Assembly: GCF_004010195.1 (NCBI RefSeq)
Contig: NC_057719.1
Span: 1,992,994 to 2,012,993, forward strand
Source of the DNA: Chiloscyllium plagiosum
Taxonomy: Eukaryota
Reading direction: 5' to 3'
Length of the DNA: 20,000 nt
The position numbers were made by a program, and so were the translations under genes. How positions within the stretch are numbered: position 1 is the stretch's first letter; each line of letters starts with the position of its first letter. Under the pieces are notes generated by a model that saw only the letters and a list, made by a program, of their open reading frames with translations, ran no database searches and was not told the DNA's origin. Of this stretch, positions 1 to 8,279 are shown piece after piece.

Positions 1-660
1 ATTCAGTTTAATATTTCATCTTGCCTATTTGCTCTATCTTTGTACCTCAATCTCGCCTTCTCTTGTCTTTCTTATTCTGTCTCACTTCTTAGTTCTCTGT
101 GTCCCTCTGTCTCATGTTTTTAGATCAACCTCTGTTCGCTTATATCTCTCTCTCCACCTCTGACACTCTATCTGTCTGTCTCTCTCTCTCTCCCCATCTC
201 TGACACTCTCTCTTTCTCTCTCTGCCTGCCTGTATCCTCTCACTGTCACTGCCTTTCATTGCCTTATTGTTTCTCTTTGTCTGCTTTGTTTCCCATTCTC
301 AGTGTCTATCTCCCCCTTTGTCTGGTCTCACTTATTTTCATTCTTGCTTACTGACACTGTCAGTCACTGGCATCTCATTTGTTTCTGCTCGTCTATCTCC
401 TGCAGTCTGTTGATCCCTCTTCTGGTCTGGTGGTTTCTCTCTCTCTTTCACTGTCTGTCACTCTCACTGTCCATCAGTCACTTGCTATCCATCTCCCTCT
501 GCCTGTTTTGCTCTTTCCCCATCCATCTGTCTATCTCTCTCTCTCTATCTATCCAGCACCTGTTATTCTCACTTCCTAACTCTCTCTCACTCATTTGCTC
601 TCTGTTTGGCAGCTTTCTCACTTCTGTGTCCAGCCTGGACTGGTCATGTGTGTTTACTCA
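1..660. repeat. CT-rich low-complexity intronic sequence upstream of the NUDT14 last exon
   Basis: Degenerate (CT)n/(CTGT)n tracts throughout; the overlapping S/L-rich ORFs are compositional artefacts. Confidence 0.85.
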
Positions 661-692
661 GTGTGAGTGAATGTGTCCTGTTTCTCCCTCAG

Positions 693-957
693 GTCCGGTG
701 TTGGGGTGACAGGATCCAAGCACACCATGTTTTACGTGGAGGTATCAGATGATCTACACGTAGGATCGGGTGGAGGGCAGGCCGAGGAGGGAGAGCTGAT
801 CGAAGTGGTTCACGTGCCCCTGAAAGACTGGCAAACATTTATATTTGACGAGTGCATCCCCAAAACAGTGGGTGTGAGTTTTGCTTTCATGTGGTTTCAC
901 AACAGCATTGCACCTCAACTGCAGGGCTCCAAGTGCCTGGCGTCATCCTCTCGATGA
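693..957 (+). CDS. NUDT14: Final coding exon of UDP-glucose pyrophosphatase NUDT14 (Nudix hydrolase C-terminus)
   Basis: Pyrimidine tract plus AG acceptor (tttctccctcAG, 691-692), phase 2. Translation SGVGVTGSKHTMFYVEV...GGGQAEEGELIEVVHVPL...IPKTVGVSFAFMWF matches the recalled vertebrate NUDT14 C-terminus (SGVGLTGSRQTMFY...GGGLVEEGELIEVVHLPL...IPKTLGV). TGA at 955-957. Confidence 0.93.
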
Positions 958-1139
958 GGAACCAGTCCCTCGCGATGAGCTTTGACACTACAGTTGAGTC
1001 AGTGTAAACTAGGGCAGAATCAGTGCCAGAAGCTCTGTCAAACACAAACAGTTTCAGGGCTGATCTCAAATTTAAACACAAAGATCCACCTTCAGGCATT
1101 TTTATAGTTGTTCATCTTCACTTCTGATTGACTTTTTCT

Positions 1140-1660
1140 GAGGAAAACGGGAACAGCAGTTGACCGTTCAGCCCATCAAGCTTGACCCACCATTCAACAT
1201 GATCATGGCTGGTCAAACACTTTAATGTCTTTGACTCTACCTTATACACACTCAAAACCTCAGCAGCCACGGCCCTGTGTGGGAGAGAATCCCTAAGGTT
1301 CATGACCCCGTCAAAAACTATTTTCCTCACCTTGGGGCTAAGTTCACATTCCCCCTTACTTTTAAATTGTGCCCCTGGTTCTAGACTCCCCAACCACTTG
1401 CATCTAATCTGTCTATCCCTTTCAGTGTTTTGTGAATTTCAATAAAAGTACCTGTCATTGTTTGAAACTCTCGAGTATAAGATACAGTTTGTCCAATCTC
1501 TCTCTCCAAAGGGCAGTCCTGCTCTCCCAGGAACAGGACTGGCTGGTGAACCTGTATTGTACTTCCCCCAATGGCAATATTCTCTTTCTTGAGATAAGGA
1601 GACCAAAACTGCACACAATGGTGCAGGGGTGGTCTAACCAAGCTCCTGTACAATCCCATG
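1140..1660 (-). mobile_element. Old CR1 LINE 3' fragment (ORF2 C-terminus and 3' UTR), degenerate
   Basis: Minus-strand translation LYRSLVRPPLHHCVQFWSPYLKK and IEIHKTLKGIDRLD are CR1 ORF2 C-terminal motifs; frameshifted. Confidence 0.8.
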
Positions 1661-1679
1661 AGTTCTTTATGACATCTTG

Positions 1680-1952
1680 GGAAGGCACGGTGGCTCAGTG
1701 GTTAGCACTGCTGCCTCCCAACACCAGGGTCCCAGGTTCGATTCCGCCCTCGGGTGACTGTGTGGAGTTTGTGCATTCTCCCCGTGTCTGCATGGGTTTC
1801 CTCCCATAGTCTGAAGATGTGCAGGCCAGGTGAATTGGCCATGCTAAATTGCCCATAGTATTAAGTGCATTAGTCAGAGGGGGGTGGGTTACTCTTTGGA
1901 GGGTTGGTGTGGACTTGCAGGGCCTGTTTCCACACTGTAGGGAATCTAATCT
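1680..1952 (+). mobile_element. tRNA-derived V-SINE (HE1-like)
   Basis: Box A TGGCTCAGTGG, box B GGTTCGATTCC, V-domain-like core tgtgtggagtttgtgcattctccccgtgtctgcatgggtttcc, (AATCT)n tail; homologous copy at 4560-4854. Confidence 0.85.
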
Positions 1953-2039
1953 TTGAGGGGGGTTGTGATCCTGTTAAAGGCACGTAGTTATTTCTAATCA
2001 TTTGTGGAACGTGACGTGATTACCCTAATTTAAGATAAA

Positions 2040-2222
2040 GCAGGAGAGCTCTTTCCAGTGTCCCAAGTCAACAGACATCGGTATGGACAGATCATCTGCT
2101 TATTATCACATTGCTGTTTGTGGGAGCTTGCTGTGCACAAAATGGCCACTGTGTTTCCCACTTTCCAACAGTGACTGCAGTTCAAAAGTACTCTGCTGGG
2201 TGTAAAGAACTTGTGTCATGTG
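2040..2222 (+). mobile_element. DeuSINE (SacSINE1/AmnSINE1-like) 3' portion
   Basis: atcacattgctgtttgtgggagcttgctgtgcacaaaatggc...aacagtgactgcagttcaaaagtac matches the recalled DeuSINE 3' region. Confidence 0.7.
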
Positions 2223-2282
2223 CTATGGTGTTAGTTACACTGTCTCCTGAGGTCGAGTTAGGTTCCTGCCTTTATATTTTTG

Positions 2283-2892
2283 TTTTTATGGGATGTTGGG
2301 ATTATGGCACATTATATTCCTCTCTCGACAGTTAGGAGTCAACCACATTGCTGTAGATCAGGGGCGTGGCTGGCTGGGCCAGCATTTCTCACCCGTCCCT
2401 AATTACCCCTTGAGAAGGGGGTGTGGTGAGCTGCCTTGTGTAGACCAGAGCAGGTTCCTTCCATTAGTGAGGATGGGGGGAAGGGGTAGGTTTTTACAGC
2501 AAACCATAGTAGTCATACTGACCACTAGAACATAGAACATAGGAAAGAACGAGGAGCAGGAGTAGGCCGTCCCTCAGTAAAATCATGGCTGATCCTTTTG
2601 TGACCTCAGCTCCACTTCCCCACATTTTCACCATGTCCCTCAATTCCTTTATTTTTCAAAAAAGCTATCTACCTTAGCTTTAAAATCAATTACTGACGTA
2701 GAGTCAATTACTTCTCTGGGCAAGGAATTCCATAGATTAGCAACTCTCTGGGGTTGTTGTTACTAAGACTTGTCTATATCAATTTTAATGAGATTTCAGT
2801 TTCACCCAATTGCCTGGTGAGATTGGATGCCGCGTCCCCACTGGGTCTACATTAATAACCCAGTGACGATCCCACGATGCCACCTCCTCCCC
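2283..2892 (-). mobile_element. Old tRNA-head SINE interrupted by a short LINE 3' fragment (~2361-2438) and a CR1 3' fragment (~2525-2752)
   Basis: Decayed tRNA-like head at the right end (reverse complement of 2840-2892). 2365-2438 matches the LINE 3' end at 12140-12210. A CR1-type (AGAACAT)n tail is at 2525-2541. Confidence 0.55.
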
Positions 2893-3376
2893 CTGGGGTC
2901 ACTGAGCTATTGGGGTGACCCCCAGGCCACAACTGAAACGACAAGCAGGTTTTGCGGATTACTCAGAGGCACAGTGTACATGTGACATGTTTCATGTTGG
3001 GAGCTCACTCCAATATTAAAGGATAAGACTAACCTGCACCCAGGGTGGGGCACACAGCACTCTCACTCTGTATGTTAAAGGGAAAGATTATTAGCCGGTA
3101 CCATAGAGCTGAACCCTGAAAGACCACTCAATGAGAGCTCGAGTCCCTGACCTCAGTTAGCAATTGGTTCAAACAAGGCTTGAGAATTCCCAATTCACAT
3201 TTTGTTCCATTTACAAGACACCTCGACACAGCAGCCTTCTGGGTGATGAACAAATGTGAACAGGAGGAGACCATTCAGCCCCATGGGTATGCTGCACCGC
3301 TCAATATGATGATGGCTGATCTGATTGGAATCTCAAATCCACCCTGCTGCCTGCTTTTTCTACCTTTTCACTCTTG

Positions 3377-3584
3377 ATCTGGAGGAGCCAGTGTTGGCCT
3401 AGGGCGACAAAGTTAAAAATCACACAACACCAGGTTATAGTCCAACAGGTTTATTTGGAAGCACTAGCTTTCTGAGCGCTGCTCCTTCATCAACCATCTG
3501 ATGAAGGAGCGTCGCTCCGAAAGCTCGTGCTTCCAAATAAACCTGTTGGACTATAACCTGGTGTTTTGTGATTTTTAACTTTTG
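3377..3584. mobile_element. Non-autonomous fold-back element made of two inverted Penelope pseudo-LTR copies
   Basis: About 84-bp inverted arms (3409-3492 / 3499-3582). The left arm is nearly identical to the PLE terminus at 14149-14232. ACTCTTG is repeated at 3370-3376 and 3585-3591 (candidate TSD). Confidence 0.85.
3495..3529 (+). ncRNA. Minimal type I hammerhead ribozyme (PLE type), intact core
   Basis: CAU CUGAUGA A GGAGC-guc-GCUCC GAA AGCU C^GUG: conserved boxes, 5-bp stem II, palindromic AGCU stem III, 3-bp stem I (CAU/GUG). Confidence 0.75.
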
Positions 3585-3936
3585 ACTCTTGTTAGTCAAG
3601 AACCTAAAAATATACCTCCTTGTCTTCAGACATAAATTATTTTTAAACTGTATCCTCTGGCTATAGTCTGTCCGCCAGAGGGAAACATTCTTGCACCATC
3701 TGTCCTGTCAGGGTTTTAGATGTCTCAATCCAGTGACCTGTCACCTTTCTAAATCCCAACAAATACAGAACCTTTCCTCATGAGGTAACAACCTTCCAAT
3801 AACCCTCCTCCACTCTGCCCATTAATTGTTGGGAATGAATCGTGGGTACATGTTGATCGAATACACATCGCTAAAGACTGTTCTTTGTTTGGAGGGGACC
3901 TGCTCTGTGTCCTATTGTCATTGTGCAAAGAACTCT

Positions 3937-3978
3937 ATTAAAAAAAGTTATTTAATCACTGAGGTGTTTTGTTATTTC
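3937..3978 (+). terminator. Candidate poly(A) signal for NUDT14
   Basis: ATTAAA at 3937-3942, CA about 15 nt downstream, then a GT/T-rich element (ggtgttttgttattt), in non-repetitive AT-rich sequence. Confidence 0.3.
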
Positions 3979-4189
3979 ATTCCAGCTTCTTTTTGCTTTA
4001 TTATTGAATGTATATTCTATCCACAGTGCTTGGAATTACTCTTAAAACAAGCCTTCACTGTTGTAAACTATCTCTAGATGCAAACAGGGGTGATTACCTG
4101 ACTCCCCGCCCCCGAAACGAGAAACTAGGACAACCTGATCGAAGAGTTGGTTAAAAAGAATCTCTCAAAGAAAGTGAAGGAGGTTGGTT

Positions 4190-4385
4190 TATGTACAGCG
4201 GACAAGAGGAGACCACTTGGCCCTTCAAGCCTGCTCTCCCATTCAATATCATCGTTGCTGTTCGGATTTTAACCTCAAATCTATGTTCCTGCACACCCCC
4301 AATAATCTTTCCATCACTCAGGAATCAAGAATCTCTGCCTTCGAAATATTTAAGGATTCTATATTCACTGCTTTTTGAGGCAATT
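4190..4385 (-). mobile_element. Old CR1 3' end; probably continues at 7185-7470
   Basis: gagaccacttggcccttcaagcctgctctcccattcaatat is the typical antisense shark CR1 3' end. Confidence 0.6.
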
Positions 4386-5704
4386 CCAGTGACCATAATT
4401 CTATTAGTTTTAAAATCGTGGTGGAAAAGGATAGACCAGATCTAAAAGTTGAAGTTCTAAATTGGAGGACGGCTAATTTTGACGGTATTAGGCAACAACT
4501 TTCAAAAGCTGATTGGGGGCAGATGTTTGCAGGTAAAGGGACGGCTGGAAAATGGGAAGGGGCGGCACGGTGGCTCAGTGGTTAGCATTGCTGCCTCACA
4601 GTACCAGAGACCCGGGTTCAATTCCCACCTCGGGCGACTGTTTGGAGTTTGCACATTCTCCCCATGTCTGCATGGGTTTCCTCCCACAATCCAATGATGT
4701 GCCGGTTAGGTGAATTGGCCATGTTAAATTGCCTGTAGTGTTAGGTGCATTAGTCAGAGGGAAATGGGTCTGGGTGGGTTAATCTTCGGAGGGTCGGTGT
4801 GGACTTGTTGGGCCGAAGGTCTGTTTCCATGCTGTTAGAAATCTAATCTAATCTAAAAAATGAGATAACGAGAGTCCAGAGACAGTATATTTCTGTTAGG
4901 GTGAAAGGAAAGGCTGATAGGTATAGGGAATGCTGGATGACTAAAGAAATTGAGGGTATGGTTAAGAACAAGAAGGAAGCATATGTCAGGTATAGACAGG
5001 ATAGATCGAATGAATTCTTAGAAGAGTATAAAGGCAATAGGAGTATACTTAAGAGGGAAATCAGGAGGGCAAAAAGGAGACATGAGATAGCTTTTGCAAA
5101 TAGAATTAAGGAGAATCCAAAGGATTTTTCAAATACATTAAGGACAAAAGGTTAACTAGGGAGAGAATAGGGCCCCTCAAAGATCAGCAAGGCGGCCTTT
5201 GTGTGGAGCCACAGAAAATGGGGGAGGTATAAAATGAATATTTTGCATCATTATTTACTGTGGAAAAGGATATGGAAGATATAGACTGTAGGGAAATAGA
5301 TGGTGACATCTTGCAAAATGTTCAGGTGTACCCTAGAACTCTGTGGGAAGCTAGAGAAGTGATTGCTGGGCCTCTTGCTGAGATATTTGTATTATCGATA
5401 GTCACAGGTGAGGTGCCGGAAGACTGGAGGTTGGCAAAAGTGGTGCCACTGTTTAAGAAGGATGGAAAAGACAAGCCAGGGAACTACAGACCGATGAGAC
5501 TGATGTCGGTGGTGGGCAAGTTGTTGGAGGGAATCCTGAGGGACAGGATGTACATGTATTTGGAAAGGCAAGGACTGATTAGGGATAATCAACATGGCTT
5601 TGTGCGTGGCAAATCATGTCTCACAAACTTGATTGAGTTTTTTGAAGAAGTAACAAAGAGGATTGATGAGGGCAGAGCAGTAGATGTGATCTATATGGAC
5701 TTCA
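4386..5704 (+). mobile_element. 5'-truncated CR1 LINE ORF2 (end of APE endonuclease to RT), disrupted, running into a gap
   Basis: SDHNSISFKI endonuclease end at 4388; RT motifs VVPLFKK, PGNYRP, QHGFVRGKSCLTNL, VDVIYMDF; frameshift, stop and SINE insertion. Confidence 0.92.
4560..4854 (+). mobile_element. V-SINE (HE1-like) inserted in CR1 ORF2
   Basis: Box A TGGCTCAGTGG, box B GGTTCAATTCC, same core as 1680-1952, (AATCT)3 tail; CR1 coding sequence flanks both sides. Confidence 0.88.
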
Positions 5705-6660
5705 NNNNNNNNNNNNNNNNNNNNNNNNNNNNNNNNNNNNNNNNNNNNNNNNNNNNNNNNNNNNNNNNNNNNNNNNNNNNNNNNNNNNNNNNNNNNNNNN
5801 NNNNNNNNNNNNNNNNNNNNNNNNNNNNNNNNNNNNNNNNNNNNNNNNNNNNNNNNNNNNNNNNNNNNNNNNNNNNNNNNNNNNNNNNNNNNNNNNNNNN
5901 NNNNNNNNNNNNNNNNNNNNNNNNNNNNNNNNNNNNNNNNNNNNNNNNNNNNNNNNNNNNNNNNNNNNNNNNNNNNNNNNNNNNNNNNNNNNNNNNNNNN
6001 NNNNNNNNNNNNNNNNNNNNNNNNNNNNNNNNNNNNNNNNNNNNNNNNNNNNNNNNNNNNNNNNNNNNNNNNNNNNNNNNNNNNNNNNNNNNNNNNNNNN
6101 NNNNNNNNNNNNNNNNNNNNNNNNNNNNNNNNNNNNNNNNNNNNNNNNNNNNNNNNNNNNNNNNNNNNNNNNNNNNNNNNNNNNNNNNNNNNNNNNNNNN
6201 NNNNNNNNNNNNNNNNNNNNNNNNNNNNNNNNNNNNNNNNNNNNNNNNNNNNNNNNNNNNNNNNNNNNNNNNNNNNNNNNNNNNNNNNNNNNNNNNNNNN
6301 NNNNNNNNNNNNNNNNNNNNNNNNNNNNNNNNNNNNNNNNNNNNNNNNNNNNNNNNNNNNNNNNNNNNNNNNNNNNNNNNNNNNNNNNNNNNNNNNNNNN
6401 NNNNNNNNNNNNNNNNNNNNNNNNNNNNNNNNNNNNNNNNNNNNNNNNNNNNNNNNNNNNNNNNNNNNNNNNNNNNNNNNNNNNNNNNNNNNNNNNNNNN
6501 NNNNNNNNNNNNNNNNNNNNNNNNNNNNNNNNNNNNNNNNNNNNNNNNNNNNNNNNNNNNNNNNNNNNNNNNNNNNNNNNNNNNNNNNNNNNNNNNNNNN
6601 NNNNNNNNNNNNNNNNNNNNNNNNNNNNNNNNNNNNNNNNNNNNNNNNNNNNNNNNNNNN

Positions 6661-7184
6661 CAACAGCCACTCTCAGACAACTCACCAGAACGAAGGACCC
6701 GATACCCAGCATGAGCAAAACCAATGTAGTGTACAAAATCCCATGCAAGGACTGCACAAAACACTACATAGGACAAACAGGAAGACAGCTAACGATCCGC
6801 ATCCATGAACACCAACTAGCCACGAAACGACACGACCAGCTATCCTTAGGAGCCACACATTCAGATGACAAGCAACATGAGTTCGACTGGGACAACACTA
6901 CTATTATAGGACAAGCCAAACAGAGAATAGCCAAGGAATTCCTAGAGGCATGGCACTCATCCACAGATTCAATCAATAAGCACATCGACCTGGGTCCAAT
7001 ATACCGGCCACTGCAGCGGACAGCTGGAACTGACAACCGGAAGCGGCAGATTCAAACCACTATAAATGCCGGAGGAAAGATCACAGAAGCGCTTCACAGG
7101 AGGCTCCCAAGCACTGAGGATGTCACCTAGACAGGGGACAAAACTGCAACACAAATTCCCAGCTCAGCGAACAGAACCACAACA
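6661..7184 (+). mobile_element. Penelope-like element 3' part (Penelope/Poseidon-type GIY-YIG endonuclease and pseudo-LTR)
   Basis: ORF 6711-7130: NVVYKIPCKDCTKHYIGQTGRQLTIRIHEH...EFLEAWHS...INK; decayed HHR at 7111-7147. Confidence 0.9.
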
Positions 7185-7470
7185 CCTCTTTATTTTTAAA
7201 CAATGACCCTGTAGTTCTGGATTTTCCCACAAGAGGAAACACCCTCTCCACATTCACCTGGTCAAATCCCCTTAAGATCTTCTGTGTTTCAGTTATCACT
7301 TCTGACTCTGCTAAACTCCAGCTGATACAGGGCCATGCCTGTCCAGCTTTTCCTCATAAGGCAGTCTGCCCATTCCAGGGATTAGTCTCCTAAACCTCAG
7401 AACTGCTTCCAATGCACTGATGTTAGTGCAAGGTGAGCAAGCACTGTACACGGGACTCGAGATGTGTTTT
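7185..7470 (-). mobile_element. Old CR1 ORF2 C-terminal fragment
   Basis: Resembles the antisense CR1 segments at 1355-1620 and 13830-14100 (tagttctggattttcccacaagaggaaac). Confidence 0.6.
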
Positions 7471-8279
7471 ACTATATTAGAAATACCACCCCAGTGGAAA
7501 GTTGAAAGGTTCGGAAAGATTGGAGGAGGAGGCTGTTGAAGTTACAGCTGCTAATGGTGGGCAGTGTGCGCAGGGTAATTCTCATTGGTCTCTCAGCATT
7601 ATCTCTGAGCTGCCTCTAGTAACTCATCCAGTCGGTATTGTCTGTGGTGAAGGAGCAGTGTCCATTCTCCACTCCATGTCGTCACCGGGTCTTCCACATG
7701 CAAACTGCAAGATTCTGTCAGTCAGTGACACTCTCCCTCCAGGCAGCCTTGTTCAGGGAGAACCTGTGTCTGCAGCACTGCGGGAGTGCGACTCGGGCAG
7801 TAGAGCCAGACGTTACATCTTCAGACCATTTATCTGGGACACGTGGAACAAGAGGGAGCGTTTGTTGCTCTGCACGTCCCCAGACGATGGCTACTGTCAG
7901 GGCGGTAAATGCTGCACTTTATTATACACCGCAAGATCCCATCAAAGATAGTCTGCTGTTGGTGGGGGTGTTGAAGGATGAACACTGAGAGCTGCCAGAA
8001 GGAATTCTGCCTCATTTAATAAACTGATGAGTCAGTCACCATGGAGGAGAGCTTAACTTAGGCATCTATCTCAGCCCAGACTCAGACTGCACTTAGAAAG
8101 AGCCACTTGTTCAGACAGTCAGTGTGTGTGTGTGAGTCAATGCTGAGAACCATTGATCACTCATCCACAGGTCATTGTTAATCAATCGTAACATTCTCCT
8201 TGTTTGAACAATCACTTTACTAAATAATTTACCACTCTGAGCTGGATGAGATAGAAATACTGGTCAAGTTCATAGGTTA

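Larger units (their letters stand above)
3245..3800 (-). mobile_element. Old CR1 3' fragment split by the palindromic PLE-derived insert
   Basis: gaccattcagcccc...atgatggctgatctg resembles the CR1 ends at 1160-1212 and 4210-4260; CR1-like sequence resumes after 3591. Confidence 0.6.

Noticed and set aside
302..670. Hydrophobic 122-aa ORF resembling a membrane protein
   Set aside because: Translation of CT-rich intronic low-complexity DNA.
1684..1750. tRNA gene (also 4561-4630 and 18900-18980)
   Set aside because: Pol III boxes are present but continue into SINE bodies; no complete cloverleaf.
2892..2926. Short hairpin cctggggtcac...gtgacccccagg
   Set aside because: Imperfect 11-bp stem with no supporting motif.
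5260..6776. Long ORFs of 349-484 aa; likewise ORFs crossing 14277-14703 and 16052-16189
   Set aside because: Length comes from N runs; the apparent CR1-Penelope fusion is unsupported.
8024..8060. CTGATGA as a further hammerhead
   Set aside because: No stem II followed by GAAA; chance 7-mer.
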